Source of the DNA: Octopus bimaculoides
Taxonomy: Eukaryota
DNA length: 64,000 nucleotides
Direction: 5' to 3'
NCBI RefSeq assembly: GCF_001194135.2
Contig: NC_068990.1
Location: 52,511,266 to 52,575,265 of the forward strand
Shown here piece after piece: positions 1 through 11,883 of this stretch. The position numbers were made by a program, and so were the translations under genes. A model generated the notes under the pieces. That model was not told where the DNA came from and did not search any database. It saw nothing but the letters and a program-made list of their open reading frames with translations. The stretch's first letter is position 1. Every line of letters starts with the position of its first letter.

Positions 1-1545
1 TTGTACTGTGGGGGAGAGTTATTTATTACTGGATTAGTATTTATAAATGAATTATCATCATGAGGTGCATTGTGATTTAGGGGGTTATTATAACCGATAT
101 TATCATTACTAGGTTTGGGGTGGTTGTAATAGTTGTTATTTTTACTATTATTATTGATATTATTTATATTTAAATAAAAAATATCTAGTTTTTTATTATT
201 TAAAGAGGAAATGACGCTATGGGTAAGACTATAACCTACCTTTATTGCTTTACTGTTAATAATTTCCGAATATCTGTTATTCTTATCAAAGTGTTTATTA
301 ATAATTTTGAACATAGATTTCATTAAATTGTTTTTAATTTACATAGCGTACAGGAGTATAAGCCAATTAATATCTTTGGTATTATCAGTATTCCTACCAT
401 GTGACACATGTTTATTGCTGCGTGAGTGATAAGTGTTATGTTTTTGCTTATTATATTTATCATTTTATTATCCTTATTACACGCATTAGTCCCACCATTG
501 ATAGTGCTACCACTAGTTTTTTGCTTATATTTTTCGTTGCTGCTATCATGATTAGTGTTATTATTAGTATCATCAATACTTTGCTTAGTTACTTTCATTT
601 TATTATTGTTATTATTATTATTATTGTTGTTGTTGTTGTTGTTATTATTGGTGTTGCTATTTCTATTCTTGCTTCTGTCGGGGACTATAGATTTCTGTGT
701 TTTGTTATTTTAAATGTATTTCTATTTTCATTATTATTATTAATATTATCACTAGTCATTTCATTATTGTATGGTATATATTTTATTTTACTTTTGTATC
801 CTGTTTTTTAATGCCATGTTGTATTGTTCTTTGTGTTTATTAAATAAATCCTTATTAGAAGAGAGGTAAGAGATTCTTTTATTAATGTTTTTTATAAGAG
901 CTTTTTTTTATATCAATCCTGGATGATTACTTTGAGAATGTACATATTTTAAGTCAGAGTTTGGTTTCATGAAAGGTTCATGTAGTCTCAAAGTTAAATT
1001 ACAGTTGACGTCTAGGTAGCTGATTGAGTAATTTTCATTCTCTATAGTGAAAGAAAGGCCGAATCTATTGAAGAATTTGTACAAGTGTTTTTTAAGTAGC
1101 TCTAAGCATCTGGTTGAGGTGTTTCTAGTTATAAAAAGTGCATCATCCCTGTAGAGTCCCCCCCCCCCCAATTTATGGAAATTCCTTATTTAGGTTGTCT
1201 AATAGATAGATTCCCACAAGATCAGTTACCTCCACTGAATCTAGCGATGCCACTGTGATATCCCAATAATTAGGGGTATTCTTTCTGGCCAATAATTTAT
1301 TATAAAATTCAGTAATAGATTTGCAGGCTGTGAGGATTATGTTGATTTCTTTCATGCTGATCTTAGTGTGGTTCTTAGCAAAATTGGGAGCACTATTTAA
1401 GATAGTAGGATTTATGGAGGAGTAATAGTTTTCAATATCAATTTGTAAAAGTTTATGTTTATCGTTATGTTGCATGTTAGAAAACAACCTTATTGTATTT
1501 TGTATGTTAGACCATAATCCAAGTTTAAACTTTTTTCTAAGGGTT
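1..1545 (-). mobile_element. Penelope-like element (PLE) remnant: RT (YRDD type), thumb and post-RT linker; runs off window start
   Basis: ORFs 1173-1568 (DIENYYSSI motif A; DITVASLDSVEVTDLVGIYLL motif B') and 908-1171 (LYRDDAL, YLDV, YVHSQSNHP). Manual translation below 908 gives LIKNINKRISYLSSNKDLFNK and, near 180-370, W..LLYAM..KIINKHFDKNNRYSEIINSKAIKVGYS, resembling the WFNPP...KHFP...KVSYS linker of PLEs. Stops and frameshifts present. Confidence 0.8.
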
Positions 1546-1565
1546 GGTATGTACATACATATATA

Positions 1566-2696
1566 CATACACCATCATTGTTTAACATTCGCTTTCCATA
1601 GTGGCATAGGTTGGATGGTTTGACTGAGGACAGGCAAGTCAGGAACCTGCACCAGGCACCAATCTGATCTGGCAAGGTTTCTACAGCTGGATGCTCTTCC
1701 TAACGCCAACCACTCCAAGAGTGTAGTGGGTGTTTTTTACATGCCATCAGTACAGGGGCCAGTCAGGTGACACTAGCATCAACCACGCTCAAATGGTGCT
1801 GTTTGTGTCCCACTGGCACAGGAGCCAGTCATGTAGCACTGGCAATGACCATGCTTGAATAGTGTATTTTATGTGCCATTGGCACAGGAGCCAGTCAGGT
1901 GGTAGTGGCACCATCAACACTCAAATGGTGCCTTTTACATATCACTAGCACAGGTGCCAGTCAGACGACACTGGCATCAGCCATGGCTGTTCTCACTTGG
2001 CTTGCTGGGTCTTCTCAAGCACAATATATCTCCAAAAGTCTTGGTTGCTAGTCACCGCCTCTGTGAGACCCAACGTTCGAAAGTCATGCTTCATCACCTC
2101 ATCCCATGTCTTCCTGTGTCTACCTCTTCCACAGGTTCCTTCCACTGTTAGGGTGTAACAATTCTTCACACAGTTGTCCTCATCCATATGCAACACATGA
2201 CCATACCAGTACAGTCATCTCTTTTGCACATCACATCTGATACTTCTTATGTTCAACTTTTCTCTCATGGCACTAACACTGTCATGCATGCACAATGACA
2301 TTACACATCCAGCAGAGCATGCTAGCTTCATTTCTTTCAAGCCTATGCATGCCCTCAGCACTTACAGCCCATGATCACTGCTGTGTAGCATGGTTATTCG
2401 CACACATGCATCACACAGTCTACCTTTCACTCTCAGCAAGAGACCCTTTGTTACCAGCAGAGGTAGGAGCTCTCTTAACTTTGCCCAAGCTATTCTTTTC
2501 TAGTAGCTATGCTCTCAGAGCATCCATCCTCCGCTACTGATTTGGTCACCTAGGTAATAGAAGCTATCAACTTCTAGCTTTTCCCCCTGGCATGTGATGG
2601 AATCTGTTTTCTGAACAACTTCGGTGTTTATTGCCCCTGTGCATCTGCCACACAGAGAAACTATCTCCCAAGTTAACCTTCCTTTGATATTGCTGC

Positions 2697-2700
<4 letters not shown>
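1566..2700 (-). mobile_element. RTE-clade LINE 3' fragment (RT C-terminus plus 3' UTR with 4x66-bp repeat)
   Basis: ORF 1993-2196 (VEGTCGRGRHRKTWDEV) matches the end of the RTE at 14651-14920. Tail is the reverse complement of GGTTGGCGTTAGGAAGGGCATCC...GTTAAACAATGATG. Confidence 0.85.
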
Positions 2701-2782
<82 letters not shown>

Positions 2783-2823
2783 ATATATATATATATATAT
2801 ACATACACACACACACACACACA
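2699..2823. repeat. Compound microsatellite (CT)n(AT)n(AC)n
   Basis: Directly visible; gives rise to the spurious RERE/YIYI ORFs. Confidence 0.95.
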
Positions 2824-3230
2824 TTAAATAATCCTTCCTTTTCATGATGGCTTCTTACTGCTATCTCTACTGCCCAGGGCAAAAATGCCCATTCATAATG
2901 TCCACTTCCAGCCATAGCATATATATATAAAACACCTTTCTCGCATGATCCCCTCTCAGACTTTCATGCCGCACATTCCAGTGTTTGGCTATTATTGGCA
3001 CCCATGTTATGCACTGCTAAGCTATTCTCTCATTATTTTGATCGCTTCATTTATTCATGCATTACTACTAATATGTACCTTCATAAACTAATTATTTAAA
3101 TTGACTCTTCACTATATAACATCCAAATCCTAATCTCTTTCTCTCTCTCTCTCAGCCTTAGTTTTTCTCCTTAATTCTTCATGTAATTTCCAAATTGAAA
3201 TTTCTCTAAAGCCTTAGTTTTCTTTTTCCT

Positions 3231-3349
3231 TCTGTGTTTTCATGTTGGCTAAATATATTTTCGTACTATCTCTTAATCCTTGCTTTTTTTTTTCTCTGTG
3301 TTTTCATGTTGGCTAAATATTTTTCATAGTATCTCTTTAATCCTTGCTT
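3231..3349. repeat. Tandem duplication, 2 x ~64 bp
   Basis: TCTGTGTTTTCATGTTGGCTAAATAT...TAATCCTTGCTT starts at 3231 and again at 3295. Confidence 0.8.
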
Positions 3350-4279
3350 GTTCGCGATGCGCCTGTCCATTCCTACCCCCATCACCAATATCAGATATTC
3401 TCCCACCAGAAACCCCCTCCTTTACTGGAGGTCTCCTCTATCATACCTGCAATCTCGCCTCCCTCTTCTCCATCTCTCTCTCTCTCCCAGAACTAATGCA
3501 ATCAGTTTAGCAGCCCAACTACTTCATCTAACAATGGCATATTGATATTCACATTTACTTTTTTTTTCTTTAATTTCTATTTATATCTGCAGCACCAGTA
3601 ATGCTTATATTTACAATGCTCATAATGCTCATAAAAATTTAAAATACTGCTTTTTGTATTACATTCATGTCTTTGAAAGTTTTTAAAATATTTACTTCTG
3701 ATTTTCTAGCATCAGTGACGTAACATATCTCTTTATGTAGATCTCTCTATCCATCTCTTTCTATCTATCTCTATCTCTCTATCTATATCTCTTTTTCACT
3801 TTCATTTTTCAGACACTATTCTTTTCACTTCAAATTTTCATATGCCATTGTTTAACTTCCGCTTTATTGTTTGCACTGTAAGTTGAAGTTTTCAGTTGCT
3901 ATTTACAAACAAACAAACGACAAATTACTGACAGAAAGAACTTCACAATTACCGATGTAAGTAATTTCATAATTAACTGACAGAACTATCTTCATAAATA
4001 TCAATTCAATCCCTATGGTTTTGTGCTTTTCTGCTGTTAACAGTTTCATTCTGGTTCCTTCAAAACTGGCTCCTTGGTTCACTGACTGACAAATTTCACT
4101 TCAACTTGTACAATACTTTATTTTCCATTAAAATTTCTTATTTACTTTCTGCCCATCGTATTAAGAAACATAATTTCCGTTACCAAGTTATTTTCATTGT
4201 TTACTATCTTCTGCACTCGTGTATTTCTGTATACAAACATAACCATGCCTAGAAGGAAAGTGTCAAATTTGTCCACATA

Positions 4280-4720
4280 ACTACAAGTTTCTGCCTCTGT
4301 ACCACCCTGACTTTGGATGATCATAACTTTCAGAACAATGGATATTTTATAATGAAGTTTTCTACGAATATGTGTTATATCATGTAGATTCTTTTATTAG
4401 ATAGATACATTGTAGATTCTGAATATACAAAATTTTGGGGGGTGTTTTAGGAGGGGATGGGGGTGGGAATTTCTGAAAATTCACCAGAGTCCACTTCAGT
4501 TTGTCTTACCTTTCAAGAAAATGGATATCTTTTAATGAAATTCTCTACAAATATACCTCAGACTATGTAGATTCCAAGGACATAGGAATTTTGGGGGAAA
4601 ACAATTAGGAGTTATTTTTGAGAACTGTTCCCCATTCGGGAGTATTTCGGAACATATTTGTTTCATTTTCTCCATTTTGTGCGTTTGTGCATCCGTAGAT
4701 TTCTACTGAAACAACAAACA
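4280..4720. mobile_element. Possible non-autonomous Helitron/Helentron-like interspersed repeat
   Basis: Two internal subrepeats (AATGGATAT..TTAATGAA.TT.TCTAC.AATAT...TGTAGATTC) in the style of invertebrate non-autonomous rolling-circle elements; termini not identified. Confidence 0.3.
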
Positions 4721-5109
4721 GGCAATGAAGACAAATGAAGCCCACACCAGAAAATTCATTATGCTAAAATTAACACTAAATGGTCTGGTACACAAATATG
4801 TTATTAAAACGACTTATCTGTTGCATACATTTTTTTTTTTTTACTTGAAGTTAATTCCCAGGTAAACGTTTCTAACAGAAAGGCAGACGACACCAGAAGC
4901 AAAAATAAAGAATATACACACACAGTTAAATACAGAAGTGTAAAGTATAATTTGTTACATAATCTCTATAATGAACATGATATTAAATGGAATAAGTCCC
5001 ATTTGAACTTTTTTAATTACATGTGTGTGTGTGTGTGGTAGAGATCTATGGATGCATAAACATACAAAACGGAAAAAAATGAAAAAAATATGAACTTGTT
5101 CCAAAACAC

Positions 5110-7291
5110 ACCCAAGTGGGGAACAGTTCTCAAAAACTACTCAGAGTGCTACTATCTAAGGTCTCTATTACACCATGTCAAGAGACTCACATCATTTACA
5201 GCCTTACGTATGGTTGATAACACAGTATGTCAAACATATCGCCAGGCTTGCCATTTCAGAGGTCTTCTGGAAGATGATACACACTGGGATGTCACTCTGA
5301 CAGAGGCACAAATGTGCAAGTCTCCTATGCAGCTGAGAAACCTCTTCTCCATCATGCTAGTGAACTGTAGATTGTCAAATCCAAATCAACTTTGATACAA
5401 AACAAGGAGGGGCTTTTTGAAGATATTCTTCAAAGAATTCAATATCAGTGTGATGGTAACGTCACATTCAATTATGATATCTTCAATGAGGCATTAAGAT
5501 TAATAGACAACTAGGTTCAATCACTGGGTGGAAACAAACTTGAAATCTATAGTCTTCCAGCTCCTGTCAGAGATGTTCAACACAGATTAGCACAAGAGCT
5601 AATCAGGGATACATCATACATGGAAAGTTTGCAAGCAGTTGTTAATGAAAAGGAACCAATTCTGGTACACGATCAAAAGGAGGTATACTGGCAAGTTCTT
5701 ACATCTGTGGACAATAACACTGGTGGGGTCTTCTTCTTAGATGCTCCTGGAAGCACAGGAAAGACATTATTGATCAACCTGCTCCTTGCCAAGGTGAGAC
5801 AGAAGATAATTGCTCTGGCTGTTGCATCCTCTGGAATTACAGCCACACTCCTAACAGGTGGAAGAACAGCCCATTCAACATTCAAGCTGCCTCTAAACCT
5901 CATCCAAAATGAATCTCCTTTATGCAACAAATCCAAGAATACAGCGTTAGCAAAGCTCCTTACAAATGCCAAACTCAATGTCTGGGATGAGGTAACAATG
6001 TCCCATAAGGCAGCCTTTGAAGCACTTGATACAACACTACAAGACTTCAGAAACAGTAAGATCATGGGTGGTGTCACCTTCCTCATGGCTGGTGACTTCT
6101 GGCAAACGCTGCCTGTCATTCCAAGAGGAACAAGAGCAGATGAGCTGAGAGTTTGCATCAAGTCCTCATATATCTGGCAATGTGAAAGAACAACTCTGGC
6201 ACCAAGGAATGATGCTGTAGACAAGCTGAATCTAAATTTGTTGTCTCAGCTTCCAGGACCTGAATGTTCATACAGATCAATTAACTCTGTCCTTGATCAA
6301 GAACAGGCAATGTATTACCCAGTGGAGTTCCTCAATTCACTTCACCCACCAGGATTTTCACCACGCATTCTGATCATGAAAACAGGTGGTCCCATAATGC
6401 TATTGAGAAACCTTGATGCATCCAGACTCTGCAATGGAACAAGGTTGGTTGTTAAAACAGCCATGCCCCATGTGTTGGAAGCAACAATAATTACAGGCAA
6501 CATAATGGGTGAGAATGTATTCATTCCAAGGATACCTCTCATCTCAAATGATCTCCCCTTTCAGTTCAAGAGACTACAGTTTCCTGTCAAACTTAGCTTT
6601 GCAATATCTATCAACAAAGCACAAGGTTAATCTCTAAAGATGGTGGGACTTCAACCTTGCATCTCACATGGTTAGCTCTATATTGGATGTTCTAGAGTTG
6701 GAGATGAAAAGAACCTCTAAATTCTCAGTAGTAAACATAGCAAGACAGAAAACACAGTATATGAAGAAGCATTTACATAAATAGTAAGTCCATGTCATAA
6801 ACAGAAATGTAAAATCATTGAGTGTTAAAATATTACTATGACACTTTCACTTTCCGACTGACATGCGTGAATATATACCTGCATGTATAAAAGTGAAAAA
6901 ATAACGATATATTTGCTGTGTGTGTGTGTGTGTGTGTGTGTGCGCGTGCATGTGCGTGCACGCGCATGTGAGTGTACTCTATGCATGGCCTTTCATTGTT
7001 CATAATCTGTACATGTTTTTTGGCTATGAAATAAGTTAGACCAATGTGTATTTACTTTATACAGATATATGAGTTACTGTTTTACTCTTTTACTTATTTC
7101 AGTCATTTGACTGCGGCCATGCTGGAGCACCGCCTTTAGTCAAGCAAATCAATCCCAGGACTTATTCTTTGTACATCTAGTACTTATTCTATAGGTCTCT
7201 TTTGCCGAACCGCTAAGTGACGGGGACATAAACACACCAGCATCGGTTGTCAAGCAATGCTAGGGGAACAAACACAGACACACACACACAC

Positions 7292-7333
<42 letters not shown>

Positions 7334-7598
7334 TACGACAGGCTTCTTTCAGTTTCCGTCTACCAAATTTACTCACAAAGCTTTGGTTGGCCCGAGGCTA
7401 AAGTAGAAGACACTTGCCCAAGATGCCACTTTCTTTTCACGTTTCACTTAACATCTATGTTCTATGCTAGCATGGGTTGCAGAATTATGTAGAAAGTTGG
7501 TATCTCAGTTACTAGTAGTTGAGACCTGTGTAATCTAGACAGCGTTTTTAAATTTCATTATTTTCTTTAGCCCAGGCAACACCGGGTATTTCTGCTAG
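5110..7598 (+). mobile_element. Helitron, 5'-truncated: Rep-Hel linker, PIF1 helicase pseudogene and intact 3' terminus
   Basis: 5090-5395 ECYYLRSLLHHV...GLLEDDTHWD; 5620-6630 PIF1 motifs DAPGSTGKT, VASSGITA, GGRTAHSTFKLP, WDEVTM, GDFWQTLPV, LCNGTRL, QFPVKLSFAISINKAQG. The 3' end is GCCCAGGCAACACCGGGTATTTCTG-CTAG|T (hairpin plus CTAG at 7595-7598, followed by T). Confidence 0.92.
7083..7428 (-). mobile_element. tRNA-derived SINE family 1 (5' head missing), inserted in the Helitron 3' region
   Basis: Matches the full copies at 7603-8008 and 45540-46004, including the internal (TA)n(TG)n tract. Confidence 0.9.
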
Positions 7599-7602
7599 TA
7601 TA

Positions 7603-7803
7603 CTCTTTACTTGTTTCAGTCATTTGACTGTGGCCATGCTGGAGCACCACCTTTAGTTGAGCAAATCGACCCCAGGACTTATTCTTTGGAAACGTAGTAC
7701 TTATTCTATCGGTCTCTTTTTGCCGAACCGCTAAGTTACGGGGACGTAAACACACCAGCATCGGTTGTCAAGCGATGTTGGGGGGACAAACACAGACACG
7801 CAA

Positions 7804-7836
<33 letters not shown>

Positions 7837-8008
7837 CATATATACGATGGACTTCTTTCAGTTTCCATCTACCAAATCCACTCACAAGGCTTTGGTCGGC
7901 CCAAGGCTCTAGTAGAAGACACTTGCCCAAGGTGCTACACAGTGGGACTGAACCCGGAACCATGTGATTGGTAAGCAAGCTACTTACCACACAGCCATTC
8001 CTGTGCCT
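7603..8008 (-). mobile_element. tRNA-derived SINE family 1, full length
   Basis: Reverse complement has a tRNA-like head (TGGCTGTGTGGT A-box-like; GGTTCAGTCCC B-box-like), a CORE-like CCTTGGGCAAGTG, an internal microsatellite and a GAAACAAGTAAAGAG tail. Confidence 0.92.
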
Positions 8009-8043
<35 letters not shown>

Positions 8044-8072
8044 TGCATGCGCACACACATGTAATATATATA

Positions 8073-10433
8073 AAGTGGTACCTTGACTTACGACTTTAAT
8101 TCATTCCATGACAGAACTCGGAACTCAAATTACTCGTATGTCAATGAATTGAAATGCCATTAATCCATTCCAGGCCCACCAAACACCACAATTTTTTTTG
8201 TTACTTGTTTTAAATAAGAAAAATGTACTTAAAAATAATAAATATTGTATAAAAAAAATCAATACAACAGAATGTACTGCAATAAATTGGTTTTATTAAG
8301 TACAGCATTTATCTTGGAGATCAGACGACTTGAAGATGCTGATGGAGTTGGAGGAGAAAGTCTGAACTGAGTAACTGAATCTTATTTGATGTTTCATTGC
8401 CATGCATAAGGAATGTTTCATTGTCACTTTCAGAGTGTTTCTGAAATGAGTTAAGCATGTGTCATAAAATAGTGCCGTCACACGCCCAGGTGCAACTTTT
8501 TGGGGGTGTTTCTTTTGAATAAAGTCTGAAAGTTTCTTCCACATTCCCAACATTTCCTTCATTGCACTTGTAGAGATCGTCTCTGCATCACCTATTTCCT
8601 GCTAAATCTCTGTGTGCTGCTGTGTCTGTAGCTCCTTTAGCTCTTCTGTTGTCAGTTCCTCAGAGTGCTCCTCAATGAGCTTATTGATGTCACCTTCATC
8701 CATGTCAAGGCCCATGGACTTGCCAAGGGATACAATCTCCTCCACCACTGTCGCTTCAGGTTCGAATCTTTCAAAGTACATTTCAAACACAACCTCAGGC
8801 CACAGCTTTTTTTCATGCAGAGGCCAAGGTCCTCTTTGTAAAACCCTGCTGGGCCATATCAATAATTCTAAGGCATTTCCTGATGTAATAGTTGTCTTTC
8901 CAGAACTCTTGAAGGGTGAGATTTGTGTTCCCCATCACCGCAAAGCAGCAGCGGAACAGGTGCTTGGTGAAGAGCTTCTTGAAATTAGAAATCTCCTGCT
9001 GGTCTATAGGTTGCAGGATAGAGATGGTGTTGGGTGGAAAATAGAGAACCTTTATAAACTTGCACCCTTCAAGGATGTCATCTTTGAGGTTCGGAAGGTG
9101 AGAAGGTGCATTGTCCAGGACAAGAAGGGCTTGCAGGGGTAAGTTATTTTCCTGGGGATATTTTTTAACATCAAGACCAAAGACCAAATTCACCCACTCC
9201 ACAGATAACTACCTGGTGACACAACTCTTGAATTTGCTCTTCACATAACCTGCGATTTCTCTTTCTGATTCTTATGTGACTTATAGGCTCTGGATTTTTC
9301 TAAATGATAAATGAGCAGCAGCTTAATCTTGTAGTCGCCACTCACATTGGTGCACAGTGTGAGGGTTAACCTATCTTTCGTGGACTTGTAGTCTAGCATC
9401 CTCTTCTCCTCTGTTGTTATATAAGTCCTCCTTGGTATCTTCTTCCAAAAATGTCCTGTCTCATCACAGTTAAAGACTTGCTGGGGGATGTATCCTTTGG
9501 CTGCTATAATTCCAGCAAAAGTTTTAAGGTAATCCTCAGTTGCCTTCATATCTGCTCTCGCTGCCTCACCATGCCTGACAAAGTGATGAATACCGGTCCT
9601 CTTTTTAAAATTCTCAAACCAGCCCTGACTAGCTTTAAATGGCTCGCCTGATGCCTCTTCTGTACAAATGCCTGGGGTCTGCTTCCGCAAATCAGCGTAA
9701 ATAGCTCATGCATTCTTGCAGATTATAGCCTCCGTCATGGAAAATCCTGCAAGCTGCTTCTCCGTCAACCACACCATCAGCAGCTTCTTCATATTTTCAT
9801 GGATAGATGTCCACTGTTTAAAATTTAATATAACACCCTTGGTTGGCGTTATAGCCTTTATCGACTCCTTCTGCTTCTGTATGGTGCAGATTGTAGAAGT
9901 GCTACGCTCATACTGCTTCGCCATGTTGACTACATGCACACACACCTTGATCATGTTTTTTCAATAATTTCTTTCTTTAATTCAATGCACATCATCTGCT
10001 TCTTCTTCCCACCACTGTCCTTCACACTCACTTTCTTTGGACTCATGGTTGGAAAAACAAAGTTTTGCAAAATAACTGCAAGCACAACACTGATGCTTCT
10101 GTAGCCTGCAATGACTAAGTAAGCATTTTAACATCCGTCTAGCTAATGATCCACTAACGATTTTCACACTTACTAACAAGAATGTCTGTCTAGCTATTGA
10201 TCTACTAATGATCTTCGCACTTGCTAATATGCAGATCTGTCTAGCTATCGAGTGAGACATGGGATGCTGGGCGGATGTTACGGCGTTCATTATGTCAACT
10301 AGCGGTGGGGTATCTGAAGTTGGCTCGTAATCTGAATTTTAGCTCGCAACTCAAAGCAAAAAAATCAGCCAAGAGACAGCTCGTATCATGAAAAACTCAT
10401 TAGCTGGGACACTCATAAGTCAAGATACCACTG
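8073..10433 (-). mobile_element. Tigger/pogo DNA transposon, full length (~2.36 kb), both TIRs and TA TSD
   Basis: Left TA|AAGTGGTACCTTGACTTACGA; right end reverse complement CAGTGGTATCTTGACTTATGA, flanked by TA. Confidence 0.93.
8296..10046 (-). pseudogene. Tigger/TIGD1-like transposase, frameshifted
   Basis: ATG at 10046 gives MSPKKVSVKDSGGKKKQMMCIELKKEII; then CENP-B HTH (MAKQYERSTSTICTI; FKASQGWFENFKKR) and DDE segments FNCDETG, LLVLDNAPSH, ILQPIDQ, split over ORFs 9706-9954, 9241-9690, 8813-9202, 8602-8862 and 8296-8562. Confidence 0.9.
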
Positions 10434-10594
10434 TATATATATATGTTACCCTAAATCCCGAAAATTCTGCCTCCTTGTGCTCTGTCTTTGACCAGCCTAG
10501 CATTTGGCTTCTGGTCGGTCTTTCTCTCTCAGTTCCGTTAACCACTTGCTTCTCCCAACACTTTACCTCTGCTCCCACCCATCCCATCCCACCC

Positions 10595-10633
10595 TATATA
10601 AACTAGCTCACTCAGATTCCCCGACCTCATATT
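10595..10633 (+). promoter_or_regulatory. Putative Pol II core promoter in monomer 1 (TATA plus Inr)
   Basis: TATATAAA at 10595-10602; YYANWYY match TCATATT with A at 10629 (TATAAA about -32). Same spacing in monomer 2. Confidence 0.45.
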
Positions 10634-10960
10634 TTAATATCTTGCCACACGGAGTAGAAGACAGATGTTTAGATAAGCAACTTTATTTTCCAGCCTAGCA
10701 CACATCTAAAACCTCTTTTACAGCACAAATTATAATTACTTTATTATTTCATTTCATTATCTATGTAAACACAGTTTTGTCTTCCATGCCGTATGTTTAG
10801 AGAAAAACTTAAGATCCCTACACTCAATCCAACTCTCTCTCTTTCTCTCTCACACTCATTTATTATTGCTATTCATTCATTTTTCTAATTTTGTCACAGT
10901 TTGGCTGACCGAAAACTGTTGGCTACAGCTCTAGTTAAGAAAGCAAATGCCCAATTCTAT

Positions 10961-10991
<31 letters not shown>

Positions 10992-11267
10992 CTACTACCA
11001 TTCTTTCACACCAGCAGCTAGAGTGTTTGCTGTTCTATTTCGTTATTATTATTACTATTCTTTCACACTGGCAGTGGCAATGCTAAACCCATTCGTTTAA
11101 TTATGTTACCTAAATCCCAAAAATTCCATCTCCTTGTAGTCTGCCTTTGACCAACCTAGCTTTTAGCCTCTGGTCAATCTCTCTCTCTCTCTCTCTCTTT
11201 TCCTCTCTCTCATTTCTGTTAACCACTTGCTTCTCTCAATAATTTACCTCTGCTCCCCATCCCACCC

Positions 11268-11306
11268 TATATAAACTAGCTCATTCAGATTCCTCTATCT
11301 CATATT
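11268..11306 (+). promoter_or_regulatory. Putative Pol II core promoter in monomer 2 (TATA plus Inr)
   Basis: TATATAAA at 11268-11275; TCATATT with A at 11302. Confidence 0.45.
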
Positions 11307-11883
11307 TTAATATCTTGCCACACGGAGTAGAAGACAGAAGATGTTTAGATAAGCAACTTTGTTTTCCAACCTAGCACACATCTAAAACCTCTTTTACAGC
11401 ACAAATTATAATTACTTCATTATTTCATTTCATTATCTATGTAAACACAGTTTTGTCTTCCATGCCGTACGTTTAGTGAAAAACTTAAGATTCCTATGCT
11501 TAATCCAACTCTCTCTCTCTTGCTCCTTTCGCCCTCTCTTTCTTGCTCATTTATTATTGTTATTCATTCATTTATCTAATTTTGTCACAGTTTGGCTAAC
11601 TGAAAACTGTTGGCTATAGCTCTAGTTAAGAATGCAAATGCCCAATCCTATCTCATTATTATTATTACCATTCTTTCACACCAGCAGCCAGAGTGTTTGC
11701 TGTTTCGTGGTGCACCCACCCTTCCCATCCCACCACCTGTACCAGAAGTCTTTATCCTCTGACCTCTATCGGATGTATTTGCCCTGAATACCTCCAAAGG
11801 CTTAATGCTCCCCCATCCCTACTTAGTGTTTATCTCCTATGCAATGAAGTGATTATGTCGCACATAAAATGATGGTGTAGTGT

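Larger units (their letters stand above)
10443..11705 (+). repeat. Two tandem ~660-690-bp monomers (10443-~11035 and 11103-11705) directly upstream of an RTE
   Basis: Collinear, visibly diverged copies (ATGTTACC.TAAATCCC...CCCTATATAAACTAGCTCA...TTTGTCACAGTTTGGC...GAGTGTTTGCTGTT). Confidence 0.9.

Noticed and set aside
401-811. 136-aa hydrophobic plus-strand ORF that looks like a membrane protein
   Set aside because: It is the antisense reading of the (AAT/AAC)-rich PLE linker; the I/V/L richness comes from ATT/GTT repeats.
2567-2915. ORFs with YIYI, RERE, CVCV or THTH runs (also at 7247, 7736, 19044, 28356, 40682-41285, 45520-45906)
   Set aside because: Translations of dinucleotide microsatellites inside SINEs or flanks.
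5673-6542. Long antisense ORFs over the Helitron helicase (also over Tigger 8612-9142, Dong 25043-25498 and Tx1 52173-52655)
   Set aside because: Shadow frames of TE coding sequence with no independent motifs.
11706-11725. TGGTGCACCC after monomer 2 as a tRNA PBS, which would make the monomers LTRs
   Set aside because: Only ~7 nt resemble a tRNA 3' end, the monomers lack clear TG...CA boundaries, and no gag/pol follows.
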